DNA of 64,000 nt, from positions 119,226,001 to 119,290,000 of the forward strand of contig OX597816.1 of assembly GCA_951406725.2 (NCBI GenBank), given 5' to 3'. Source of the DNA: Octopus vulgaris. Taxonomy: Eukaryota. Below the pieces are notes generated by a model that did not search any database, was not told the origin of the DNA, and worked only from the letters and a program-made list of their open reading frames with translations. The translations under genes were made by a program, and so were the position numbers. Positions 28,319-42,490 of this stretch are shown here, piece by piece. Numbering within the stretch: the stretch's first letter is position 1; each line of letters begins with the position of its first letter.

Positions 28319-30514
28319 TGTTTCTTTGTTCACCCTTTTTTCTACGTTTTTTATTTATTTATTTTAAACCTCGTCCCTTTTACACCACTAACCACCCCAT
28401 CTTTGCTTCTTTTATATTACGTACTCCCTTCTCTCTCTCTCCCTCTCTCTCTCTCTCATTCCCATCCTTTTTATTTTATTTATTTATTTGTTTATTTATT
28501 TATTTTTTGCTACTACGTCTTGACGCCACCCGAAATTTAGAAACAGCTGGTAATTGTTATGAATCTATTTTGTTGTTGCTGGTTACTATTGTTGTTCTTG
28601 CTATTATTTTCACTCATTTTTCTTCTTCATGTTTTTTTGTTATTGTTGTTGCTGTTGTTTCTTTGATTTTTTTCATTTGTTTGTTTGTTTAATCATACCT
28701 TCTTTTCTCCTTTCTTTTCTTTTTTTTTCTAGCTTTTCAACACCTCGGAATAAAGCAAGGTTTGTTTAAATGATAAACTGCTCAAAACACTCAAAATAAT
28801 TATTGTGCTATGTTCTACGCGGCGGTGTTGTCTTCGACGTCGTCGTTTTTGTTATTATTGTTGTTGTTGTGATATGTTTATTCTGCATTGTTGTTGTTTT
28901 CCTTTTGTTATTGCGACTATTTTGTTATTTTCGTTTCATACTATGGTTTTTTTTTCTTCCATTTATACTTTTGTTTTTATATTTATTTGTCTTTGCTAGT
29001 CGTTTGTGGAGTGTTACTGCTCTGGGAGAGATTGATCATTTTAAACATCATCGCCATTTTAAGTTTTTGTCACACAGATACGCACACACACGCAAATACA
29101 CACATACACACGCACACACATACACACGCATTCAGTCACTCTTAGCTCTTCCTCTCCCTCTCCCTTTCTTTCTCTTCCCCATCTCTCTTCTCCAGTTCTC
29201 TTTAATCTATTTCTCTCCGTCACTCGCTCATTGACTCACTTTCACCCAATCTCTCTCTGTCTCTGTCTCTCTCTCTCTCTCTCTCTTTCTCGTCCTTTTC
29301 TTATATTTATTAAATGCCTTTCGATCTCTTGTAACTCTTCCAGTTTCCCTTTTAACTCTTTCAATCTCCTTCTCCCCCTCTCCTTCCCTCTCTCTTTCCC
29401 CCTCTCATTTTTTGCATGTGTATACGCGTGGGCATGCACTTCATTCTCTGCTAGTCTAGCCGAATATGTGTTCTACGGTTGCAAAACTGTGTCAATGACA
29501 ACAACCACAACAACCATCACCTCCACCACTCACTACAACACTGTCGACCCAACAAAGTGGTCACTATGTGGCCGCTTGACCTGTTAGAAACGATTGCCAA
29601 GTTTCCTTCAAATCGCATTCCCACTTTCTAAAGAAGAAAAAAAATGAGAACGGATAAGTTCGCTAATGTGATTTTGAGCTCTCTGCACTTTGAGAAAAAA
29701 CGGTGTAGTCACGGTTGGAAAGCCTTTTATCATAGACCTGTTCAATCAGGGTTAGCCTAGAGCTCCACAACAAGAACAGTACAGCAAGCAACACTGTTAC
29801 AACACTGAGGACCGCTACTTCACCACTACACCAACGACCATAATATCCCCCCCTCTTCCCCCACATCATCATCATCGTCGTCGTTGTCATTATTACAACC
29901 AATACTATTATTCCATACCTACATTTAACAACACTACCACCAATACCACTACTGTTACAAAATTCCTCCTCCTCCTCCTCCTCATCATCATCATCATCGT
30001 TTTCATCATCGCAGCATGATGATCTCCACCATATGCACCACAACCATCATCACCTCCATCGTCAACAATACCGTTACTATAGTTTATGGTTATATCCAAT
30101 ATTACCGCACTCACACCACAGTCAATACTACTGCTGTTAAGAACAGTTTCTCATATAGTCATGAGATCGTAAATTTTAGGGTGATGGAGGTGGAGACATT
30201 CAGTTCTTGACTTGTACTTCATTTTATCGAGTTCATGAGGGCGGAAGATAAAGTTGACCTGAGTAGGATTTGAACTCAAAACATAACAACCAGAAGAAAT
30301 ACGATAGTTTTTTTGTTCAACGTCCTAACAACATTAACATCACTATCGCCACTTTCACCAACGCCACCACCGCTATCATCAACAACACCGCCGCCACTAT
30401 CATCGCCATTAACACAAATAGCGTCAATAACATCACCGGTTTATATTATACAACTATACACACAACTCCTGCTTATTCTACCCGTCAATCTATTTGATTA
30501 TTGTTTGCTTAGTT

Positions 30515-30584
<70 letters not shown>

Positions 30585-30976
30585 CGTACACGTGAGTGTG
30601 TGCGTATGTGTATGTGAGTGTGAATGTGTGTATATATGTGAATGCGTGTGTATATGCGTTTCAATAGTGATTTGTTTAACAAGCATGTTTGTATAGGGTT
30701 AATGCAAGAGAATAAGGAGCGAAAGAGAGAGAGAGGGTGACTTAGAGAGTGTGGGAGGGGAAAGAAAGGAGGCGAGAATGAAGGAGAGTGAGCTGGAGAG
30801 AGGCAGTGAAAGAGAGAGTTTGGGAAAGGAGAGGAAGCGAAAGAGAAGGAAAGTGTTAGCAATGAGACAAAGGTACATATAGCGTAATTAGTACGGTTTG
30901 GTGGTGATGGTACCGATACTGGTGGTGGTGGTGTTGACAACGGCCGTAATGGTAGTAGTAGTAGTAGTTGTAGAAA

Positions 30977-31065
<89 letters not shown>

Positions 31066-31074
<9 letters not shown>

Positions 31075-31947
31075 GTGAATGGAAGAAATGGAGTTGAACG
31101 AAGATTGTACAGAATTCCTTTTATTACATTCTACACATGTTTCAAAGGCCCCAATTTTCCAAATTCTGATTAAATAAGGATACCATATTGCAGCTTTCTC
31201 TTCAGGAAAAAGCAGGAATTACGTTGACAGAACAAAACAAAACAGAGGCGTAGCAAAGCAATTCGAACGAGGACGCTCCTTAAGAGCCCATGGTTAAACT
31301 GTTTATCAATGTACGTTGAAATCGGGGGGGTTGGTGGGGGCCGACAAACGGTCCGTTGGAATAATTACAGGTCAGGCCGCGGTCAAATCTAGTAGGTGAG
31401 GAATTAATGAGAACAAGGGGTGTGGAGATGTTCTGTGTGACCAAAACTAATGTTCTGAATATTTTAAGAATACAGGGTGTATTTTAGGGGCGAGACAAAA
31501 CCTACCTAAAAGGTTTTGTCTCGCCCCTAAAATACACCCTGTATTCTTAAAATATTCAGAACATTAGTTTTGGTCACACAGAACATCTCCACACCCCTTG
31601 TTCTCATTAATTCCTCACCTACTAGATTTGACCGCGGCCTGACCTGTAATTATTCCAACGGACCGCTTGTCGGCCCCCACTAACCCCCCGATTTCAACGT
31701 ACATTGATAAACAGTTTAACCATGGGCTCTTAAGGAGCGTCCTCGTTCGAATTGCTTTGCTGCGCCTCTGTTTTGTTTTGTTCTGTCAACGTAATTCCTG
31801 CTTTTTCCTGAAGAGAAAGCTGCAATATGGTATCCTTATTTAATCAGAATTTGGAAAATTGGGGCCTTTGAAACATGTGTAGAATGTAATAAAAGGAATT
31901 CTGTACAATCTTCCTTCAACTCCATTTCTTCCATTCACTAATTATAT
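31066..31947. repeat. Near-perfect long palindrome (~435-bp arms, 7-nt loop 31504-31510) of a PLE-like cassette
   Basis: Manual comparison found about 4 substitutions and 1 indel between arms. The left end abuts (TA)n. Each arm carries an HHR-like motif facing outward. Confidence 0.95.
31805..31884 (+). ncRNA. Hammerhead-like motif (mirror copy on the minus strand at 31129-31208)
   Basis: ttc-CTGAAGA(31808-31814)-gaaagc...gccttt-GAAA(31870-31873)-C-atgt-G-TA-gaa. Stems I and III are short; stem II has a long loop. Confidence 0.5.
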
Positions 31948-32120
31948 TAAACTTCAATTATCCGCACCAACGCACGGTTGCAACACCAAATGGTCTTATC
32001 TCCAACCGTGTTTTTTTCTGCTGTGATTTTTGCTACCCAGGTATCGGTTAAACTTTTGAATAATCTGTAACAAGAAAATTCATCTTTCCATTTCAACAAA
32101 ATATATATATATATATATAT

Positions 32121-32432
<312 letters not shown>

Positions 32433-32482
32433 AGTAAATATATATATATATATAATATGCATATATAAATGTAATACACACA

Positions 32483-32873
32483 CCCTTATTGATTTGGACG
32501 GATCGTTGTCAATCATGGCCTGGACCTCACCAACAAATTCAGGAGTTCTTTTCTTATCAGAACGATCAGAATGAGTTTTCCGAGCTGCCGTACTTTCGTA
32601 ATCACCATTAGACTCATCCAACTCTTTCTGAATCCTCTGTACTGTCCTCAGATCGACACCCAAACACTGTGAAATGTTCGTATTGGAGCTTCCAATACAA
32701 ATGCCAATCACTACAGCATGTCGTTTCCAAATTTCTGGCAGAGTGAATTGCGTCGTTATGCTGTTTACGGCACCCGACTGACCCTATTATACTGTGTAGT
32801 CGACAAAATCAAAAATAAACAATGCGCAAACACGAGATTAAAAATATAAACAATTTACCCATCGCAACCTGTA
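32483..32873 (-). mobile_element. Tc1/mariner-superfamily transposon 5' fragment
   Basis: TA-CAGGTTGCGATGGGTAAATTG terminus at 32873-32851. HTH-like N-terminus ...SNTNISQCLGVDLRTVQRIQKEL...KRTPEFVGEVQAMIDNDPSKSIR. Confidence 0.75.
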
Positions 32874-33197
32874 TATTGCTTGAATGTTGGTAACGTTATG
32901 CTGGTATTGTCTATTTAGTCCAGGGTAAGTCCTTTCAGGATAAGGCTTTGATCAAAGACAGTTCAGCTGTGACCATCCCAGCTTTTATTTCTATTAGACC
33001 CGTACACCTAATTTCACAGCAACTACGGCATCTTTCTTTTCTTGGACGCTGTTTTGTAATAAGAGGGTGGCGATGTCGAAGCACGCTGTGGTAGTTGCAA
33101 TGATGGTGGTAGTGATTTGGGTAGTGGTGATGCTGATGGTGGTTAATAGTGCTAGTACTGGAGGTGATGTTAAAGTTGATGAAGGTATAAATTGATA

Positions 33198-33244
<47 letters not shown>

Positions 33245-33424
33245 TATATATATATATCAGTTGATTGTGAATCAAAATATAATGTCTGAGAAAGTGAATA
33301 AACTCTAAATTTCTTACATAAAATTGCATAGCTTTACATGTGATATGAAATAAATGGCGTTCATTCACCGAAACATGCGTAACATTGATTTGACTTCTTT
33401 TGTCCTCGATTAAAACTATTATCA

Positions 33425-33458
<34 letters not shown>

Positions 33459-33462
<4 letters not shown>

Positions 33463-33645
33463 TAATCCAAACAAAAAAACACAAAAAAAAAACACAACAA
33501 CGCGAGGACGTGGAACAAATATAGTATTATTGGACGCTCAGGAAAGAAGGGAAGAAGGAGGGTTTAACGTTTCGAGCGGGGCTCTTCGTCGGAAACATAG
33601 GAGAAGGAAAGATCCCGAGAAGGGAAGACAGAGGGAAAAAAATCA
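33459..33645 (-). mobile_element. PLE-like cassette with a minimal hammerhead (copy 2; HHR 33596-33562)
   Basis: Direct repeat of 32240-32400. Minus strand gttt-CCGACGA-a-gagc-ccc-gctc-GAAA-CG-TT-aaac. Confidence 0.65.
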
Positions 33646-33690
33646 TGGATGCTAACATCATATCCTCTCTAATATATTGCAAACAAAGCG

Positions 33691-33787
33691 TTCACCTGAT
33701 GATCCGTTCTGATTAAGAATCTAATTGTATTTGGAACATCAAGTCCTGAGGCTCCATACGACCACAACGGTGAAACGTACGCATGAA
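33691..33787 (+). ncRNA. Degenerate hammerhead motif of another cassette family
   Basis: ttcac-CTGATGA(33696-33702)-t-ccgtt...aacgg-t-GAAA(33772-33775)-CGTACG-ca-tgaa. Palindromic stem III, but U16.1 is mutated. Confidence 0.5.
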
Positions 33788-34402
33788 GTAAATGATAATT
33801 AAACTTATGTTTATCATAATTTCTCCTACATTTACCTTGTATACGAGTAATACTACTAAGTATAGTAGTAACCAAATCACTATACTGATGTAGACAGGAA
33901 GATAATAGTCTACGCGAAGCTCTAAACTCCATACTAGCAGTCGTGCTTCTAACTGTGCATACAAGTTATACTAAGATATATCTTGTGTGTGCGCACGCGC
34001 ATGTGTGTGTGTTGGGCTATGGTAGTGATGATTGATACGTAAGTAATTGGGAATGCAATCATTGTCTCAATGAGTGATTTTTGTCATCAGTAATGTAAGC
34101 CTTCAACATAACAATAATCACTGAGTGAACGATGAGTTTCTACTTGCTGTCTGACCACATGTTATTCAAATAGTTAAACCCTCGGCAGTTTTTTGGACAA
34201 CGGCTGTTATTAAACATTTCCCTCCTACAGTCGCTTCTTTTTTAATGGCTAATACTGGCTTCATTGCTATCTTTGTTTTTTGCTTCTTTTTTATTTTTGT
34301 TCTCGTTACGTTTAATTATTATTGGTTATGATAGTTGTTAATATTGGTGGCAACGGTTTTGATTGTCGCAGCCGATTTTGTTGGCGATGTTCATAGTTTG
34401 TT

Positions 34403-34455
<53 letters not shown>

Positions 34456-34661
34456 CGCGAGCGTGCGTGTGTGTGAATTTTTCTAGGCTTGACTTCGCGA
34501 GCGAAGATTTATGAAAGGGGATGTTCACTTCTGTTCCAAGTTTGTTGATAATCGACGACTCCAATTCGGGACAGGCAAGCACGGCCGCCGCGGCTGCATG
34601 GGACGCAAACACACCAGCATCAGTTGTCAAGCGATGTTGGAGAGAGAAACACAGACACACA

Positions 34662-34710
<49 letters not shown>

Positions 34711-35499
34711 GAGGGGCTTCTTTCAGATCCACTCACAAGGCTTTGGTCGGCCAGAGTATACCAGATCCACTCATAAGGCTTTGGTGGGCCAGAGGCTATA
34801 GTAGAAGACACTTGCCGAAGGTGTCACGTAGTGGGACTGAAACCGGAATCATGTGGTTGGTAAGCAAGCTACTTACTACACAGCCACTCCTGCGCATATA
34901 TATGTGGTTCAAATGTACAGAAAACAAAAGGGCGGGAGAAAGAGAAAGAGGTGGTACTAATACATAGACATATAAACAGCTTTCTATCTCTTTATATCTT
35001 TTTGTCTTTGTTTCTACTTATCGATCTCCTCTATTTACGCACACACATTATACACGCACCTTAGGACTCCCAAACCTGACAGAGCCGTTGGGTCACTGTC
35101 GTGATATACGGTATGTCACACGTATTGTTAGACGTGTCAAAGCCATCCCTCACCAGACGCAGTTGTGATCCATTCTTAACGTTTGTTTAGTTCACGTAGA
35201 CATACAAAAATAGCACCGACTACCTGTTGAGTTGTTGTGCACTCCCAGTGATAAATTGAAATTATACTGCCTAGATTCATGCTTGTTTATTACAGATGTG
35301 CGTGTGTGCGTATAAGAGAAAAAGAAAGGGAAATAGATTAGATTGGATTAGGTAGATAGATAGATAGACTGAAAGGAGAAAGAGAGAGAGAGAGAGAAGT
35401 CATCACGAGCAAACGTACAGGGTTAAGTTGCATATTTATTGGTCACTGACATTATTGATCTTATAGGCCTTGTGCCTATGATAGAAAGGATTATTGATC

Positions 35500-36020
35500 A
35501 TATTTCAGTAACAATAAAACGTACCCCTCATTGACAAAGCTACACCTATCGATAAACACGATCCTTTATTCCAATCGGCTTTGTCGCCGTTATTGCTACA
35601 AATTCTGCCGCTTAGACCATTTAAATTTCCATTCCAATCCCGTTAAAGTCAAAATCAATAGGAGTTCAAACCAAGCTTTTATTTCAATAGAGTTTCATAC
35701 ACAATAAGGTTAACAGAAACTAGTAATGGGAAATGTTTTCGCGCCAGTAGCCCTCAGCTCTGTTGTGTAATACTATAATTATGTAACACTTATATTACGC
35801 AACACATCTGTTGAACAATATGTCCGCCGCTTGTATACTTTCGTAATGCAGAGTTTTATAGCGCACGGCTTTTGTTATATAATGATTTCGTTACATAATA
35901 GTATTTACACAATAAAACCATGTGTCGGAATGATTGTTCCAACGGACTTGATTAATAATTCTGTTTCAGAAATGGTTTGGTTTTATTGCTTAGTGTTGTG
36001 CGCTGTGCGTTATGTGAGTA
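35500..36020. promoter_or_regulatory. Candidate enhancer island with a homotypic bZIP (PAR/C-EBP) site cluster
   Basis: Seven TT(A/G)(C/T)(G/A)(C/T)AA-like octamers within 35763-35912, inside repeat-free sequence. Confidence 0.4.
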
Positions 36021-36453
36021 ACGTAGTGTTGCCTAATGTAAGATCGAATGATGGTTAAAGGCAAAAGAGTTGACGTTCGCAAAAAGAGTAAAACCATAAA
36101 ACGATTTAGAATCGGAAATTGTATCGGAATCGCAAAAAAAGAAAAGAAAATATACTAAAAGCGAAAACGGTGATGCAAGGTTACTATTGTGTCATGGGGT
36201 GTAGTGTGACAGTTTTTATTGTCGATGAAGGCAATGACGATGATGGAGATAGTGGTGGTGGTGGTGGTCGTCGTCGTCGTGATGATGATTATTATTAGAC
36301 TTAATTTCATAGTGTTTAGTTATGTCGTTCATTTTGGATATATGAAAGACTAGACCTACAATTTCAGTCAAAATGTAAATAAGCAAAAGTATAAATTCAG
36401 ATAGTACATTTCGGGGTGTAACAGATAGAATGATAATGATGATGATAATGATA

Positions 36454-36727
36454 AAGAAGAAGAAGAAGAAGAAGAAGAAGAGAAGAGGAGGAAGAAGAAG
36501 AAGAAGAAGAAGAAGAAGAAGAAGAAGAAGAAGAAGAAGAAGAAGAAGACGACGAAGGAGAAGAAGAAGAAGAAGAAGAAGAAGAAGAAGAAGAAGAAGA
36601 AGAAGAAGAAGAAGAAGAAGAAAGAAGAAGAAGAAGAAGAAGAAGAAGAAGAAGAAGAAGAAGAAGAAGAAGAAGAAGAAGAAGAAGAAGAAGAAGAAGA
36701 AGAAGAAGAAGAAGAAGAAGAAGAAGA
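36454..36727. repeat. (AAG)n microsatellite, about 270 bp
   Basis: Read directly from the sequence; source of the poly-K/R/F/L/S pseudo-ORFs. Confidence 0.97.
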
Positions 36728-37163
36728 ATTTTGATCTTATACACAGAAAAACGAGAGAGGTCAAATTATATGAAATTTGTACGATTTGAAGAAAGACCAT
36801 AATAGCTGAACTGATTTAAAGAAAATCTCCACAAAATAAAAAGAAAGGTGTTTGAGATGAGCGTTTACGATACACAGCTGTGATATAGCTGTATCGATTT
36901 ATTTGTATCAACCAGTCAGAACTTACTCACGTAAAACGATTTTTTGTTATCACTCAATGTTTACTCACCTAAGTCGAATTTTTATCAAACCCCAACCTCA
37001 CCTCATCCATTTGTCATCTGCCTAGCTCTATTAAATTGGAGTGATTATATAATAGCTTACTCATACATAGTACTTGTGCGTGTGAGAGAGAGAGAGTATG
37101 TGTGTGTGTGTATTTAGAGACATATACGTACGTACGTTTATACACACATATATGTATGTATAC

Positions 37164-37212
<49 letters not shown>

Positions 37213-38874
37213 AGTCAACACACACACACATATATCTTTTACTTGTATCAGTAATCAGTCTGCAGCCATGCTGGGCCGTCGCCTTGAAAGATTTTAGTCG
37301 AACGTGTCCCTTTTAGTACTTTCCTTTCAGTCTGCTACTTATTCTATCGGTCTCTATTGCCGAACTGCTAAGTTACGGGGACGTCAACACATCTTTCAGT
37401 TGCCGTCTACCAAATCCACTCACAAGAGTTTGGTCGACCCGAAGCTATAGTAGAAGTCATTTGCCAAAAGTGGGAGCTCTGACTTGTAACTTGGAGCTTC
37501 ATGTTGCCAATTATTCAAACAAATGACGTTAACATTACATGAGCAAAAGCATTTACAAATGCCGTGTAAGAAAGTTAATATAAGATTTATTGAATCTAGT
37601 ATTGCTATCTCCTGGAACATAGCAGAAAAAATAGCACTACTGGGATCTGTCCATCCTTATAATCTGCTAGTGTTCTTACAGAAATTCTTCATTATCAACT
37701 CCAAATGCACCAATGGCACAAACAGGGTAAGCCTATATTTTAGGTATCAAAATGTTCATACATAAACAGCTGGGTCGGTCTAATTTCTCATCCTTTCACT
37801 TCATTCGTACATATTACATGCATTTGGTCTAATTATACTGATAATTTGTACTCTGTTATCATTTTAGTCATGGACAATGCTTTCTACAGTAGGCAAATGT
37901 CTGAAATATGGTGCGGGGCTTTAGTTGATTGCATCGACCCTGCGCTTGGTTGGCTATTTATTTTATCGAACTCAAAAAGATGAAAGGCAAAGTTGATCGC
38001 AGCAGAATTTGACCTCGGAACGTTAACTCGAGAGAAATGCTGCTGAGCCTTTTGTCCAGTATGCTAACGATTCTGTCAACTCGTCGCCTTATTTTTGCCA
38101 TGGATAATGATGTCAGGCTTATCTTGCGCTAACAGTTACTCTGTATGCTAAAGTTTTACATTGTTATTTTTTTTTAAGATAGGAGGAAGTTTTCATGAAT
38201 TTTCTTTTTCTTCTTGAAGGTATTGAAATTTTCTGGCTAGGCGAATGTAGAACAATTTTGCTACTTCTCCGAGTGACCAAGTACATTTTGACGGAAATTA
38301 TGTAGGACATCCTGGTACGATGCCATGCATTGTCTCAGGAAATGCTCCACACGGACGACATTCCACACAAATCGTAGGAATTGTGAATATGAGTATTCCT
38401 TGCAATATATTTCTTGGTTTCTGACATAGACACAAACAAGGCTGACTATTTTCAGAGAAGGGGGTTAGCTGATAATATCGATCGAAGTACTTTATTTTAT
38501 TATATCGACTTTATTTTATCGAGCCAGATTGATGAAAGGTACAGATGACCGTGACGAGATATGAACTTAAAACGTAAGGAGAAAGAAATACCTCGAGATA
38601 TTTTTCCGACGCTCTAACGACTCTGCCAACTTACCGCCTTTTTCGAATATATCTAATTGTAATGACCTGCTCTCGTACCATAAATATCCTTGATCTTGTT
38701 GCTCCACTAAGACCTGACTGGTACATCCAGGCCAGAGACAGTCTTTTATTTTATATGGGGCATCCAGTTCAAGAAAATATTCTGATATAAAGACATAGTT
38801 TATGGCTGTTTAATAACAATGACTTTATTGCCATTAATATATTTGTATTTACTGCTGATAGACTCAGACTGTAA

Positions 38875-39205
38875 CCCTTTGAACATGGAAGCAGATATAT
38901 CCGCTCAAAATTTTATTACCGTTAACTGCTTTGGAAAAGCATCTTATACTGCGACAAATGAGGACTTCCCCGGTGACACTTTACAAAAGGCAATTTTTCA
39001 GATTTTCTTTATTTATCCCCTTATTTTTCTAAATATCTCTTTACAGAGCATGAATCAAAATACTTTTAGTGATGGTATCACTAAAATCACTTTTGCTTTT
39101 CGTAGCAAAAGGAAATTTTTGTTTTCAAAACAAGGGGATAAAATCGCTTTCCGCAGTTAACGGTAAAATACTGACCGGATCTATCCGCTTTCTGCATTCA
39201 AAGAG
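38875..39205. mobile_element. piggyBac-like MITE
   Basis: Imperfect long TIRs ccctttgaa..gcagatatatccgctca..ttaccgttaactgc / gcagttaacggtaa..tgaccggatctatccgc..ttcaaagag, with decayed TTAA flanks (gtaa / ttga). Confidence 0.6.
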
Positions 39206-40027
39206 TTGAGGTGGAGACCTGGCACAATCGTTAGAGCGTCGGAAAAATAACTTGCAATGTTTGTTCCGGCACTTTACGTTCTGGGTTCAAATCCCTCCGA
39301 GATCAACTTTGACGTCTATTACTTGAGGGACAGTAAATAAGGTACCAGTCAAGTGCTAACGTCAATGATATAGCTTGATCCCCTCCCCTCAAAACAGCTA
39401 CCCATGAGTTTAAATTAGAAATCATTGTTCTCGCTGTTGTTATTGCTATCGTTGTTGTAATTTCCGCCATTGTAACTGTGGTAATACTGATGGCTACATT
39501 CTTATTTAGCATTTTTCAAATGTCTGAATTATAGAAACAGTTTTACTGGCGATGAAAATTTAAAACAAGTGTGGAAACTGGAAAATAATAGTAAAAAAAA
39601 AAGTTTGCAAACTCCCTAATATAAAAAAATCAGCTTATGACAGAATGCAAAATTAAATGAATATTAAAAAGCAAACCAGAATTGTAAAATTTCACAGTAT
39701 TTTTTTCCCATTTGAGAATATTTGCTATCTAAGATAAATAAAATACCGAAATTCCAGAATATTAAGTTAGATAAAATTGAAATGGATTTCTTTAAATTAC
39801 GAAGAAATAAAATGAAATATGTGGAAGCGGTGTTAGTAGTGGAGAAGGAGAATGAGAAAAATTTAGTTTATTCTGCAAAGATTTTAAACCTGAGAAAAAC
39901 ATGCATACATACATACATTTCGTTAGTGACCAGCATAAATTCTACACATAAATATCTACACATACATTACGCATAAAATGGATATACATATATTAGTATG
40001 TATATAATAGAATATGCATATGTGTGA

Positions 40028-40072
<45 letters not shown>

Positions 40073-40214
40073 AATACGCACACACACACACATAACTACA
40101 TATACATAATCATATTCACATTTTACCAGATATAAAATCTAAATAACATACATGAAACATGTATGTACATGTGTGGATGTATATGTACATATAACGCTTG
40201 AGTGCGCAACACAT

Positions 40215-40259
<45 letters not shown>

Positions 40260-40375
40260 AAAAGAATTACATTCATAAACAACTACCAAACACACATGTA
40301 AACGTTCATCATCATTTTTCATATCAGTGCGTTCAGTTCCACACAATGCAGTTAGAAATTCACATTGCTCTATAC

Positions 40376-40719
40376 CAGTGGTTCTTAACCGAGTACCATA
40401 TAGCCCGTGAGGGTCCATATAAGATTGGGTGGGGGCGTGCAACAAAATAGTAAATTTGGGATCCACAATAGTATTTTAAGGGGCCCTGAAAAAAAATTGC
40501 TTTTGATTTATATATTGTTACATATTGCAAGAGACAGCTAGGTTCCTCTCTCATTTTACATAGTTCAACCAACGTAGCTAATAAATCGCAGAATATGAAT
40601 TTTGAAAGAAGTATCCATAAAACTAGTTTTAAAACAATAAATGGTTATGGGGGCGTCCACCAGAATAAAATAGACATGAAGGGGATCCACAGACAAAAAA
40701 GAATGGTTGGGAACAGATA
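40376..40719. mobile_element. hAT-like MITE
   Basis: CAGTGGTTCTTAACC left end and decayed GGTTGGGAAC.. right end, with repeated ggggtccac-type subterminal motifs. Confidence 0.55.
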
Positions 40720-40773
40720 CATACATAACCTCTCTCCTTTTCACTCTTTATATTTTACATTCCTATCCCTTCA

Positions 40774-40822
<49 letters not shown>

Positions 40823-41735
40823 CCTCCTCCTCTTTAGTTTCCACCTGTGTCTCAAGATGTCCAAATATCTACTTGTTTCTCTATTTCAGTTTGCTGTTTC
40901 TCTCGCGCTTTCTCTCTTCCCGTTTTTCTCTCAAGTATATATATATAAAGAGAGAGAGAGCAGCTCAGCAAAAAAAAAAAAAGCCTGGGATCGATTTCAA
41001 GGCGGCGCTCCAGCATGGCCGCAGTCAAATGACGGAAACAAGTAAAAGAATAAAAGAATAACAGTAAGGTAATAACGGCGACTAGATGGTGATAGCAGTA
41101 ATTGAAAGTAGTTGATTGCAGTTTAGTATAAGTATTTGAAGACAAAATAATTAGTGGAACTGGAGCGATCAGGCGGAAAGATGAAAGAGGAGAATTTTGA
41201 GAAGGCTGTCAGTAGAGAAGGAAAGGGTGTGTTAATGAAAGCGAATAACGATGCAGTTATACATGAAGTATCCGTCTAGCTACAAGCATACATACACATA
41301 GATATAATACATGCACACAAACACACATGCATACACACATACGCGTATGTATGTGTGTGTGTGTACCTGTCTAGCTATCAGTATATTTCTCTATTTTTCT
41401 CTCTATCTAGCTATACACTGATCTACCGACATACGTATCTATCTGCTAGCATTCTCCCAAATGTTTGGTCTCCTTTCTTTTACATTATTCTACCTCATCT
41501 AGCTTAATTATGATTTCTTCAAAGAGGACGAAGATCTTGGTTTTCTAACTTTTCTTTTCTTTCTTCTTGTTCTACTCTTTGCATCGACCTTCTTCGCGAT
41601 ATTTTTTTCTCGTTCCATTTTTTGCATCTACCTTACTCGCATTTTTTTCTTTACGTTTCCCCCCCCCCCCCACCTCTATTATGTTTTCTCATAGACCAGC
41701 GTCCTGGTTTTTAAATACGTTTAACGTTATACATT

Positions 41736-41819
41736 GTGCCTGAAAGATTGCTTTGGAGACACATGGCATTTTGTATAAATCTGCCACCTATTTCTAAAGC
41801 ATGAAACTATCAGTAGCTC
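41736..41819 (+). ncRNA. Type-I hammerhead motif with a 1-nt core insertion
   Basis: gtgc-CTGAAAGA-t-tgctttgga..tggca..tgcca..tctaaagca-t-GAAA(41803-41806)-CT-atc-AG-TA-gctc. Stem II has 9 bp plus an inner 5-bp helix; cleavage triplet GUA. Confidence 0.55.
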
Positions 41820-42388
41820 TTTTGTAAATAATGTATATTAAATGATATAAATATATACATGTGCAACTTAATGAAACAAGTGTTCCATGATCATCTGGTG
41901 TGATTGAGCATCTAAATACCCTTGGAAAACCTTTTGCCGGGCTCCAAAGTGTTGAAACGCGCGCAGGAACTGTAATATAAAATTGTATTTATTCTTATAT
42001 TTCCTACAGACTTTTAGAGGGATAAATAAATAAACAAATATCTATATATTATCACGTGATCATGCTCTGCCAATAAAAATGCATCCTGAACAGATACTAA
42101 TTTAAACCATATTCTCTTTATAGAAACCAGAGAATTTTCGAACTCCACCCAGAAGCAAGAGAGTTGTAGCATAGGCCCCACGTCTTTCTATTTCACTTAA
42201 CTTTTGAAAGTCAGAAAAAAATCTGTAAAACCAATTAAGACTTTAAAAGTAAATAATCTAAAAGATTAGCAATTTGTGTATGTATCTAACAATCTGTGTA
42301 TCTGCCTGTCTCTCTGTCAGTCTGTATATCTCTCATTCAATGAAAATAGTCATTGATTTAAATTAACCTTTCTCATTTTCTCTACCAC

Positions 42389-42490
<102 letters not shown>

